Shown piece after piece: positions 20,984-31,443 of a DNA stretch of 64,000 nucleotides. Location of the stretch: positions 527,168-591,167 of the forward strand of contig CAVPVM010000002.1 of the NCBI GenBank assembly GCA_963709225.1. Reading direction: 5' to 3'. The notes under the pieces are model-generated. The model worked only from the letters and a program-made list of their open reading frames with translations. It ran no database searches and was not told where the DNA came from. Source of the stretch: an uncultured Solirubrobacterales bacterium. Lineage in GTDB: Bacteria; Actinomycetota; Thermoleophilia; Solirubrobacterales; Solirubrobacteraceae. A program made the translations under genes and the position numbers. Numbering within the stretch: the first letter of the stretch is position 1; the number at the start of each line of letters is the position of its first letter.

Positions 20984-21875
20984 CGCCGCCGCCGCCTGAG
21001 CCGTCGTAGTGGTGCAGGAAGATCTCCTCGAGCGAGGGCTCGCGGCTCTGCAGGGTCAGCGGGTGATGGTTCGCGAGCGCGCCGAGCAGGGCGTCGAGGT
21101 TGGCGGTGACCTCGAAGCGCAGCGTGCTGGGACCGCTCGGTGTGACGGTGACACCCTCGAGGCGCTCGAGCCTCGGTGGGCTGCCGGCGAAGGTCACGTC
21201 GATCACCTGCGCGTGAAGGTGGCGAAGCTCCGCCAGCGTGCCCGAGTCCACCAGGCGTCCGGTGCGGAGGATGCCGACGCGATCGCAGAGCGCCTCGACC
21301 TCGCTGAGGATGTGTGACGAGAGGAAGACCGTCTGACCGCGCTCCTTGGCCTCGGTCACGCTCTGGCGGAAGGCGACCTCCATCAGCGGATCCAGCCCGC
21401 TCGTGGGCTCGTCGAGGATCAGCAGCTCGGCGCGGCTCGCGAGCGCGGCGACGAGCGACACCTTCTGGCGGTTGCCCTTCGAGAGCGCGCGGATCTTCTT
21501 GTTGGTCTCCAGAGCGAAGCGCTCGATCAGCAGATCGCGGTAGCCGGCGTCGGTGCCGCCGCGAACGCGCGCGAGGAACTCGAGCGTCTCCGCCGCCGTC
21601 AGCGCGGGCCACAGCGCCGGCTCGCCGGCGACGTAGGCGACCCGGCGGTGCGCGCTCACCGGGTCGCGCCAGCTGTCGATCCCGAACAGCTGCGAGCGGC
21701 CGGCGCTCGGCCGGTGCAGGCCGAGCAGCAGCCGGATCGTCGTCGTCTTGCCGGAGCCGTTCGGCCCGAGGTAGCCGTAGGTCTCGCCGGCGGCGACGCG
21801 CAGGTCGAGCGAGTCGAGCGCGAGCGTGTCGCCGTAGCGCTTGGTCAGGCTCTCGGCCCGGATCGCGTCGGTCAC
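20970..21875 (-). CDS. ABC transporter ATP-binding protein
   Basis: GTG 21875 (VTDAIRAESLTKRYG), Walker A GPNGSGKTT, signature LSKGNRQK, Walker B LLILDEPTSGLD. Confidence 0.85.
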   Translation of the reverse strand: MTDAIRAESLTKRYGDTLALDSLDLRVAAGETYGYLGPNGSGKTTTIRLLLGLHRPSAGRSQLFGIDSWRDPVSAHRRVAYVAGEPALWPALTAAETLEFLARVRGGTDAGYRDLLIERFALETNKKIRALSKGNRQKVSLVAALASRAELLILDEPTSGLDPLMEVAFRQSVTEAKERGQTVFLSSHILSEVEALCDRVGILRTGRLVDSGTLAELRHLHAQVIDVTFAGSPPRLERLEGVTVTPSGPSTLRFEVTANLDALLGALANHHPLTLQSREPSLEEIFLHHYDGSGGGGDGGG

Positions 21876-22051
21876 GAGCGGGCCTCGCCTGTAGCGGACA
21901 TCCTGTGCCAGCGTAGGGCAAGGCGAGCTGCGGTGCGGGTATCCGTAGTCCCCCGCACGCGGGGGGCGGGCACCTCCCGATGCGCCCGCGCGAGCGGCGC
22001 CTATCGTTGGTGAATGGTCAAGAGCGACGCGTTTGGACCGCGTCATACGCC

Positions 22052-22783
22052 ATGGCTGCCACAGCGATGAGCTCACCGGTCGCGACCGGGCACCAAGGCC
22101 GCAACGCGCTGCCTGAGCCGCGGCACGAGCGCACGAACGGCGGCGCCGGCGCGCACGCGGCGGCGATCCGCGTCGCTTTGGCCGACGACCGCGCGCTCGT
22201 GCGCCAGGGCCTTCGGATGCTGCTCGGATCGCAGGAGGGAATCGAGGTGATGCCGGGCGGCGGCGACGTATCGTCACTCGGCCAGGTGGCCGTCCACCAT
22301 CCCGATGTGCTCGTGCTCGACCTGGGCCTGCCCGGCCGCTCGGCGATCACCGCAATCACGCGCCTGCGCGAACGCGCCCCCGACACGCAGATCGTCGTGC
22401 TGACAGGCCTGCGCGAGCCGACCTTCGCGCAACGGACCGGAGCCGCCGGCGCGCTGGGCTTCGTCGCGAAGGAGTCGGCGGAGCGCGACCTCCCGCAGGC
22501 GGTGCGCGCCGCCGCACGGGGCGAGCCCTTCGTCAGCGCCAGCGTCGCGAGCGGCATGGACGCGACGCGGCGGTCATTCGCCGAGGACCGCCTGACGGCG
22601 CGCGAGATCGAGGTTCTGCGGCTGATCGCCCTGGGTCACACCAGCGCGGAGGTCGCGCGCATGCTCGCGCTCTCGCCGCGCACCGTCGAGACGCACCGCG
22701 CGCGAATCCACAAGAAGCTCGGGCTCGCGACGCGCGCCGAGCTCGTCAGCTACGCGCTGCGGCGACGCCTGCTTCGCGCCTGA
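22052..22783 (+). CDS. LuxR/NarL-family response regulator
   Basis: Receiver (VALADDRALVRQGL, DVLVLDLGLPG) plus HTH LTAREIEVLRLIALGHTSAEVARMLALSPRTVETHR. The start is uncertain (22052 or 22067). Confidence 0.8.
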   Translation: MAATAMSSPVATGHQGRNALPEPRHERTNGGAGAHAAAIRVALADDRALVRQGLRMLLGSQEGIEVMPGGGDVSSLGQVAVHHPDVLVLDLGLPGRSAITAITRLRERAPDTQIVVLTGLREPTFAQRTGAAGALGFVAKESAERDLPQAVRAAARGEPFVSASVASGMDATRRSFAEDRLTAREIEVLRLIALGHTSAEVARMLALSPRTVETHRARIHKKLGLATRAELVSYALRRRLLRA

Positions 22784-23028
22784 GGAGAGGGTCCTGCCAC
22801 CGGCGTCCGGGGGGCGCCGGTGGGAGCGGCATCTTCGAGACCCGGCGCATCGCGGTCAGCGCCCTGAACGTGTCTTGGCACCAGCCACCGCTGGCGCGGA
22901 CGCCGGCGCCGTCGCATGGAAATCTCACCGCTTTGCGGTAGGCGAGCCGGTCGCTCCGGCGCCGATACGTTCGACAGCGGAAGGGCCCTCGGTCACCGCG
23001 GGTGACGGCCCCACTCCAGCCACGCGAG

Positions 23029-24216
23029 ATGAGCGACCACGACATCAAGACCAGCCAGATCGTCATCGCCGGCGCGGCGCATGCGTGCGAGCTCGAGCAG
23101 ATCCTCGCCCTCGACGGCTACGCGCACGTCTGCAGGCGCACCTCCATCGAGGAGGTGCGGACGCTGTGCCGGGAGATGCGCGCGGACCTGCTGCTGCTCG
23201 AGCCGCGGCTCGGCGAATGTGACGGGTTCGAGCTGATCGAGCAGCTGGCGCCCGAGATCCGCGCCAGCCGCCCAGGCGTCATCGTCGTCAGCTCGGCGGG
23301 CGAGCCCGACCCGCAGCGGATGCGCGCGCTCGCCGGCGGGGTTCGCGACTTCATTGGGCTGCCGATCGACGCCCGCGACGTCAGCCTGCGCATCCGCAAT
23401 GCACTGACAGCCGGCAGGCTCGAGGCCGAGCTTACCGCGAGCAGAGCGGCACTCGCCCGCTCGACCCGCGAGCGTGACGGCGCGCTGGCGCGCGCCCACT
23501 GCGAGGTGCTGTCTCACCTCGGCGCCGCCGCCGAGCTCCGCGACGACGACACCGGCGAGCACACCGCACGCGTCGGACGCACGGCGGCGGCGATCGCCGC
23601 CGTCTACGGCCTCGAGGCCGACACCGTGCAGATCCTGGCCGCCGCCGCACCGCTGCACGACATCGGCAAGATCGGGATCCCGGACCAGATCCTGCTCAAG
23701 CGCGGCCCGCTGACGCGGATTGAGGCGCAGGTCATGCGCACGCACACCGAGATCGGAGCCGCGATCCTTTCCGACAGCGACGTCCCCGAAATACGCATGG
23801 CGCGGGCGATCGCGCTCCGCCACCACGAGCGATGGGACGGCAGCGGCTATCCGGACGGCCTGTCCGGCGTCTCGATTCCGTTCGCCGCGCGGATCGTCGC
23901 GATCGCCGACGTGTTCGACGCGCTGGTCTTCCCGCGGCCCTATGCGGACGCCTGGAGCGTCGCCGCGGCCGTCAGCGAGATCGCCTCCCAGCGCGGCCGC
24001 CAGTTCGACGCCCATCTGACCGACGCCTTCATGCGACTCGACCACGAGCCGCTGCGCAAACCGATCGCCGTGCGCGGCGCCGCCGCGGCGCGGCTCAGGT
24101 CCGCCATGTTCAGCGCGGCGGGCGAGGCGCGCCCCGGCGAGGTTGCTTCGATGGGCTCCCGCGCGAGTGGTGCGCGACCGCCGGTCGCCGTTCTCTTGCC
24201 AGGACGGCCGCGATGA
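23029..24216 (+). CDS. HD-GYP domain protein with degenerate (pseudo-)receiver domain
   Basis: HD-GYP motifs PLHDIGKIGIP and HHERWDGSGYPDG. The N-terminal REC-like fold lacks the DD pair (IVIAGAAH). It has Glu at the acceptor position (DLLLLEPRLGECDG) and Leu in place of the conserved Lys (DFIGLPI). Confidence 0.85.
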   Translation: MSDHDIKTSQIVIAGAAHACELEQILALDGYAHVCRRTSIEEVRTLCREMRADLLLLEPRLGECDGFELIEQLAPEIRASRPGVIVVSSAGEPDPQRMRALAGGVRDFIGLPIDARDVSLRIRNALTAGRLEAELTASRAALARSTRERDGALARAHCEVLSHLGAAAELRDDDTGEHTARVGRTAAAIAAVYGLEADTVQILAAAAPLHDIGKIGIPDQILLKRGPLTRIEAQVMRTHTEIGAAILSDSDVPEIRMARAIALRHHERWDGSGYPDGLSGVSIPFAARIVAIADVFDALVFPRPYADAWSVAAAVSEIASQRGRQFDAHLTDAFMRLDHEPLRKPIAVRGAAAARLRSAMFSAAGEARPGEVASMGSRASGARPPVAVLLPGRPR

Positions 24217-24257
24217 TGCGATCCTTCCCCTACGCCGATAAGAGGGAGAGTCCCGAT

Positions 24258-24908
24258 ATGAGGACGATTGCCGCGTCCGACACCGTCGCGCACGATGAGA
24301 TCGAGGTGATCGTGATCGACGATCACCTCGGGATGCGAAAGGGCCTCGAGCTTCTGCTGCGCCAGGAGGGGCTGCGCGTCGCCGGCGTCGCCGGCGCGCT
24401 CGAGGAGGCGCGCGCGCTGCTCGCACGCCGCCGCCACGACGTCGCCCTGGTCGACATCCACCTGGGCGCCGACAATGCGCTCGGACTCGTGGAGGAACGG
24501 CTGCGCAGCGATCCGCAGGCTGCGATCGTCCTCTACACCGGCTACGCCGAGGGCCTCGCCGACGCGGCCCGAATCGGGGCGCGCGGCTTCGTGCTGAAGT
24601 CCTCGCCGGCGGCGCACCTGATCGCCGCGCTGAGGATCGTCGCCCACGGCGGCCATTACGTCGACCCGAATCTCGCCGTCGCGCTGGCCGAGAATGCGAG
24701 CACCGCGCGGCTGTCGGTGCTTAGCCCGCGCGAGATGCAGATCCTCGATCTGCTCGCGGACGGCCTCAACGGCCAGGCGATCGCCAAGCACCTCTTCCTC
24801 TCGCCGGAGACCGTGCGCACGCACGTGCGCAACGCCACGACCAAGCTCGGAGCGCACACCCGCGTGCAGGCCGTGGCGCTTGTCGTCGGCGGGCGCGCCG
24901 GCCGCTGA
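24258..24908 (+). CDS. NarL-family response regulator
   Basis: AGAGGGAGAG RBS. VIVIDDHLGMRKGL, DVALVDIHLG; HTH LSPREMQILDLLADGLNGQAIAKHLFLSPETVRTH. Confidence 0.85.
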   Translation: MRTIAASDTVAHDEIEVIVIDDHLGMRKGLELLLRQEGLRVAGVAGALEEARALLARRRHDVALVDIHLGADNALGLVEERLRSDPQAAIVLYTGYAEGLADAARIGARGFVLKSSPAAHLIAALRIVAHGGHYVDPNLAVALAENASTARLSVLSPREMQILDLLADGLNGQAIAKHLFLSPETVRTHVRNATTKLGAHTRVQAVALVVGGRAGR

Positions 24909-24962
24909 GCTGGGCGTCGAATCTCAGGCTGCGGGGCAGGCCGCCCAGCCGGGCGTCGAGCC

Positions 24963-26030
24963 TCACTCGCCGTGCGTGCGGCGAACCGCGTCGATGTGGT
25001 CGAACGTCGCCCGCATCGCGTCGAGCACCTCGGGCTCGAACTGGCGTCCGCGTTCGGCCTCCATCATGTCGACGGCAAGGCCGACCGGGAAGGCCGGGCG
25101 GTAGATGCGGTCGCTGGTCAGCGCGTCGAAGACATCGGCCACCGCCGCGATCCTCCCCTCGAGCGGGATCTCCTCGGCGGCGATGCCGTGAGGGTATCCC
25201 CCGCCGTCCCAGCGCTCGTGGTGGGTCAGCGCGATCGTCGCCGCGAGTCGCAGCAGCTCCGTGTCGGAGTCCGCCAGAAGGCGGTGGCCCATCTCGGCGT
25301 GCGTTTTCATCACATCGAATTCCGCAACGGTCAGCTTGCCCGGCTTCAGCAGGATGCGATCGGGGATCGCAACCTTGCCGACGTCGTGCAGTTCGCTCGC
25401 GATCCGCATCCGCTCGCAGTGCTCTTCGGACAACCCGAGCTGGAGCGCGAGCAACTCGCAGTAGCGGCCCATCCTGAGCATGTGCTGTCCGGTCTCCTCG
25501 TCGCGGAACTCGGCGAGCCTGACGAGCCGGCGGATGCCATCGCTCTGAAAGGCATTCTCGACATCGGGCGAGAGCCCGCTCGAGTCGATCGCACGTCGCA
25601 GCGCGCCCGCCACCTCATCGCCGCTTCCCTCCAGCCGCTCGAAGCGACGTCGCAACTGGGTTTCTCGGCGGCGTCGGTGCAGCGCGTTGGTGACGTTGAT
25701 CAGCAGCTCGCCGGCGCGGACCGGCTTGACGAGGTAACCATAGGCGCCCAGCTCGATCGCGCTGGTGGCGAGACCGAGGTCGTCCTCGCCCGTGACCATC
25801 ATCACGGCCATCGTCGGATGCTCGATGCGCAGGTCGGCGAGCAGCTCCATGCCCGACTCGCCCGGCAGGTTGACGTCGAGCAGCGCGATCTCGAAGTTGT
25901 CGGCGGCCAGCGCCTCGCGCGCCGCGTCGGCGTCGGGTGCGAGCGTGCACTCGTAACCCTGCGCGGTGAGCACGCGCCGCGCCCACGAGCGCAGCGCGGC
26001 ATCATCGTCGACGATCAGCAGACCGCCCAC
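24963..26030 (-). CDS. response regulator with HD-GYP phosphodiesterase output (RpfG-like)
   Basis: Canonical receiver (LLIVDDDAALR, IALLDVNLPGESG, GYLVKPV) plus ELHDVGKVAIP and HHERWDGGGYPHG. Confidence 0.9.
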   Translation of the reverse strand: MGGLLIVDDDAALRSWARRVLTAQGYECTLAPDADAAREALAADNFEIALLDVNLPGESGMELLADLRIEHPTMAVMMVTGEDDLGLATSAIELGAYGYLVKPVRAGELLINVTNALHRRRRETQLRRRFERLEGSGDEVAGALRRAIDSSGLSPDVENAFQSDGIRRLVRLAEFRDEETGQHMLRMGRYCELLALQLGLSEEHCERMRIASELHDVGKVAIPDRILLKPGKLTVAEFDVMKTHAEMGHRLLADSDTELLRLAATIALTHHERWDGGGYPHGIAAEEIPLEGRIAAVADVFDALTSDRIYRPAFPVGLAVDMMEAERGRQFEPEVLDAMRATFDHIDAVRRTHGE

Positions 26031-26035
26031 GGCGC

Positions 26036-27628
26036 CTACCCCCGGCCCCGAGCGGCCGCGATTCGCGCGAGCAGCTCGTGCGCGGTGAACGGCTTGTCGA
26101 TGAGGTCCGCGGCGCTGATCGCCATCCCGCTTTCCACCATCGGCCCGGCAAAGCCGGACATGAAGAGGACCTGGACCTCGGGCCTCTGCGCGCGCAGCTC
26201 GACGGCGAGCTGATTGCCCCTCATGCCCGGCATGACCACGTCGGTGAGCAGCAGCTCGATGTCGCCCTCGTGCGCGCTCGCCAGCTTGAGCGCGGCCGCA
26301 CCGCTTGGCGCCGGGAGAACGTGGTAGCCGGCGCGCGTCAGCAGCCGCCGCGTCGCCTCCAGCAGCGGCTCCTCGTCCTCCACGAGCAGGATCGTCTCAA
26401 CCCCCTGGGCGGAGGCTTCGACCGGCGCCGGCGGCCCGGACCGCACCTCCTCCTGAACCACTGGGAACAGCGCCGTGAACGTCGTGCCGACGCCCGGTTC
26501 GGAGTAGAACTGCGCGCGGCCGTGCGCCTGTCTGACCATCCCGAACACGACGGCGAGGCCGAGCCCGGTGCCCTCTCCGACCGGCTTGGTCGTGAAGAAT
26601 GGCTCGAACACGCGCGCCACGACATCCCTGGACATCCCGCCGCCGGTGTCCGAGACACGCAGGCGGACATGCGGCCCGGGTAGCAGTTCGGGTCGTACGG
26701 CAGCGTAGTCGGCGTCGATGTCGATGTTGGCTGTCTCGATTCGCAGGATTCCGCCGTCGGGCATCGCGTCACGGCTGTTGACCGCCAGGTTGACGAGCGC
26801 GTGCTCCACCTGTGAGGGGTCGGCGTGGATCATGTGAAGATCCTCTTCGAGCGCCACCACCAACTCGATCTGCTCACCGAGCGTACGGCGCAGCAGCTCG
26901 GCGATGTCGCCGACCGCCGCCCCGAGGTCCATCGGCACCGGCGTGGCGATGCTCTGCCGCGAGAAGGCGAGTAGCTGATGGGTCAGCCGCGCGGCCCGCT
27001 CGGCCGCGGTCCGGATCTCCGCAAGGTCCTCGGCCATTGAAGCCCAGCGCTCGTCGGGGTAGGTGCGCTGCGCGACCTCGAGATCCCCCGCGATCAGCGC
27101 CGCGTAGTTGATCACGATCGCGAGGATGTTGTTGAAGTCGTGGGAGATGCCGGCGGCCAGCTGGCCAACGCTCTCGAGCCGCTGCGCGTTGTAGAGACGG
27201 CCGTGCTGTCGCAAGCGCTCATCGGATGCGAGGCTGGACTCCGGGACCTCGTCACCCTCAAGCCGTGCGGCGATGTCGCGGTCGATCGAGAACGCGTCGA
27301 GGACGCGGCCGTGCTCGTCGCGCCGGGCGGCCCAGCGGCTTTCGATCGTGAGCTCATGCCCGTCCCTGTGGTGTTGGACGAGGACGCCTTGCCACTGCCC
27401 CGTGTCGGCGAGCGTCTCGATGATCTCGAGCAGCGGCATCGGGAAGTGCGTCGAGAAGAGCTCGGCGGGCCGGCGACCGAGCGCCTCCTTGCGCGTGTAT
27501 CCGTAAAGGGCGGTCGCCGCGCGGTTCCAGGCGATGATGTGCCGGTCGGCATCCCAGCCGACGATCGCGTCCGGCAGAAGCTCGAGCAGGCTGTCGTGAT
27601 CCGTGTTGCCAGCCGGCAGGTCAGTCAT
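26036..27628 (-). CDS. soluble PAS-containing hybrid sensor histidine kinase (PAS-HisKA-HATPase-REC)
   Basis: PAS (IIAWNRAATALYGYTRKEALG), H-box GISHDFNNILAIV, G-boxes DTGGGM and GTGLGLAVV, C-terminal REC (ILLVEDEEPL, LLLTDVVMPGMRG, DKPF). No TM segment is visible. It ends 5 nt from the HD-GYP regulator gene. Confidence 0.9.
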   Translation of the reverse strand: MTDLPAGNTDHDSLLELLPDAIVGWDADRHIIAWNRAATALYGYTRKEALGRRPAELFSTHFPMPLLEIIETLADTGQWQGVLVQHHRDGHELTIESRWAARRDEHGRVLDAFSIDRDIAARLEGDEVPESSLASDERLRQHGRLYNAQRLESVGQLAAGISHDFNNILAIVINYAALIAGDLEVAQRTYPDERWASMAEDLAEIRTAAERAARLTHQLLAFSRQSIATPVPMDLGAAVGDIAELLRRTLGEQIELVVALEEDLHMIHADPSQVEHALVNLAVNSRDAMPDGGILRIETANIDIDADYAAVRPELLPGPHVRLRVSDTGGGMSRDVVARVFEPFFTTKPVGEGTGLGLAVVFGMVRQAHGRAQFYSEPGVGTTFTALFPVVQEEVRSGPPAPVEASAQGVETILLVEDEEPLLEATRRLLTRAGYHVLPAPSGAAALKLASAHEGDIELLLTDVVMPGMRGNQLAVELRAQRPEVQVLFMSGFAGPMVESGMAISAADLIDKPFTAHELLARIAAARGRG

Positions 27629-28061
27629 GTGGCGCCGACGCGTCCTTGGTCCGGGGGGTTGCAAGAATCATCACATGGTGGAGCACTCGGCGCCTCAGCG
27701 CCGTCGATGGCCTCGAGCGATCGTTGGCCGCTTCGCCTTCCGCTCTACCGGGCGGCTTGCCCCAGTCCTGACGCGGGAGGCGCTCGATTTCGACGCCCGC
27801 CACGGCTGAGGACCGATTGCCAAGTCCATCGGCCTCCGCCGCGGGCAGGAGGCTCCCCGAAACGCGGTAGCGCGAAAAACGCGGTCCTCCCCCCTCGCCG
27901 GAGCGGCATCGGGGACGCCGGGGCGATCGATGCTGTCGCCAGGGCGGGGCCGTAGCGCGATCGGCGCCGGAAGGCGCCGCCTCAAAATCCTTCGCCACCG
28001 TGTCACGCGGGCGGCCGAGCGCCTTGACAATCCGGTCAAGAGGTCTAGCGTGACCAAGATC

Positions 28062-29972
<1,911 letters not shown>

Positions 29973-30087
29973 GGTAGCGCGGTTTGCGTCATGTGCACAC
30001 GGGTCGTGGGAAGCCCACGACCCGTTGAGGCGCCTGCCGCCCGTTAGGGTAGGCGAGCCGGGGTAACCCGACCACCCCTTCGCATTA

Positions 30088-30116
30088 TTGATCGCATTTT
30101 GCGCTAGTGCTAGTCT
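30088..30116 (+). promoter_or_regulatory. candidate sigma-70-type promoter for the GAF-REC gene
   Basis: TTGATC-N17-TAGTCT lies in the only AT-rich patch of the 349-bp intergenic region. It would give a leader of about 200 nt. Confidence 0.3.
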
Positions 30117-30320
30117 GATTCGGCACGAACCCTTCGGGGGATCTGGGCGAAGGCGCCGGCGAAGTCGGGGAAGGACAGCGCTGGCGTGGTCGGACGAGGG
30201 CGCGGGAAGCCGCGCCCTCGCGGAAGGGGGCGAACCCCACATGATCCGCGTTGCCGCCGTTGCGCTGAGCCGTAGGGGAAGCGCTCGGCCGGACCACGAG
30301 GGGAAGGGACGGCTCCGCTG

Positions 30321-31286
30321 ATGGCGCCGTTCTACGCAGCCGGCCCTGGGCACCCGCGGCGCCTGCTGGAGATCGCGCGCGAGGTTCTCTCCGATCCGGA
30401 GCCGGAGTCGATCTACGCCCGGATTCTCGAGGCCGCGCGCGAGCTCACCGGCGCGCGCTACGCGGCGCTCGGCGTGCTGAACGAGCAGCGCAACGGGCTC
30501 GAGCGGCTGCGCACAGCGGGCGTGGATGATGCGACGCACCGCGCGATCGGCGACCTGCCGCGAGGTCGTGGGGTCCTCGGCATGCTGGTCGTCGATCCGC
30601 GCCCGCTTCGGATCGATCAGCTGAGCGGCCACGAGGCGAGCTACGGCTTCCCGCCCGGCCATCCGGTGATGCGAACCTTCCTGGGGGTCCCGGTCCGCGT
30701 CCGTGGCGAGATCTGGGGCAGCCTGTATCTCGCCGATAAGCGCGGCGGCTTCGACGAGGCCGACGAGGAGGTCGCGGTCGTGATCGCGGACTGGGCCGCG
30801 ACCACGGTCGCGATGGAGCGCTCGCAGCGCGGCGGCGGCGGCCGCCGCTGGCGCGACCGCACCGGCGACGCACTGTCGGGGCTCTCCGGGAGCGAGAGCG
30901 AAGGCGCGACGCCCGGCACGCTGCTGCTCGTCGAGGACGAGCCGGCGCTGCAGACGCTGATCGCCACCGTGCTCGAGGAGCAGGGCTACGTCGTGCTCGC
31001 CGCGGGCAACGGCCTTGACGCGATCGCGATCGGCGAACGTCACGACGGGAGAATCGACCTGCTGCTGACCGACGTCGTGCTCCCCGGCCTGTCCGGCCCC
31101 GAACTGGCTGGGCGGATGCTCACGCTGCGACCCGGGCTCGAGGTTCTCTTCATGTCGGGCTACAACGACAGCCGGCTGCTCACCCGCGGCGTGGAGCAGT
31201 CCAAGGTCAACCTGCTGGTGAAGCCGTTCACGCCCGAACAGCTGATCGCACGGGTGCGAACGCTGGCTGCGCAGCTGCCCGCCTGA
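30321..31286 (+). CDS. GAF domain - receiver domain protein
   Basis: GAF (ILEAARELTGARYAALGVL ... FLGVPVRVRGEIWGSLYLADK) followed by a REC (LLLVEDEPAL, LLLTDVVLPGLSG, VKPF). There is no output domain. Confidence 0.85.
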   Translation: MAPFYAAGPGHPRRLLEIAREVLSDPEPESIYARILEAARELTGARYAALGVLNEQRNGLERLRTAGVDDATHRAIGDLPRGRGVLGMLVVDPRPLRIDQLSGHEASYGFPPGHPVMRTFLGVPVRVRGEIWGSLYLADKRGGFDEADEEVAVVIADWAATTVAMERSQRGGGGRRWRDRTGDALSGLSGSESEGATPGTLLLVEDEPALQTLIATVLEEQGYVVLAAGNGLDAIAIGERHDGRIDLLLTDVVLPGLSGPELAGRMLTLRPGLEVLFMSGYNDSRLLTRGVEQSKVNLLVKPFTPEQLIARVRTLAAQLPA

Positions 31287-31318
31287 GGGCGCCGGCGGGG
31301 CGCGCCGGCGCGCGCGGC

Positions 31319-31443
31319 GCGGCGGTGCGGCGGTGCGATTTCGGCCCTCAGCGCGCGGCGGTGCGGCGGTGCGATTTCGGCCCTCAGCGCGAAGCCGTGC
31401 GGCGGGCGATTTCGGCCCTCAGCGCGAAGCGGTGCGGCGACGC
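31319..31443. repeat. tandem direct repeat, about 3.5 copies of a 35-36-bp unit
   Basis: The unit gcggcggtgcggcggtgcgatttcggccctcagcgc occurs at 31319-31354 and again, identical, at 31355-31390. A diverged copy lies at 31391-31425, followed by a partial copy. Copy 3 contains the stop codon (31419-31421) of the GGDEF-EAL gene. Confidence 0.8.

Noticed and set aside
30120-30320. Known riboswitch class in the GAF-REC leader (c-di-GMP, c-di-AMP, cobalamin, TPP, guanidine, ZTP)
   Set aside because: None of the conserved core motifs I know is present, for example GCCACUG, CUGAGA, ACGCAAAGC or CCGUCAGCUAACC. It is kept only as an unclassified structured leader.
31319-31443. Possible CRISPR array
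   Set aside because: The repeats are directly adjacent with no spacers, there are only about 3.5 copies, and there are no cas genes.
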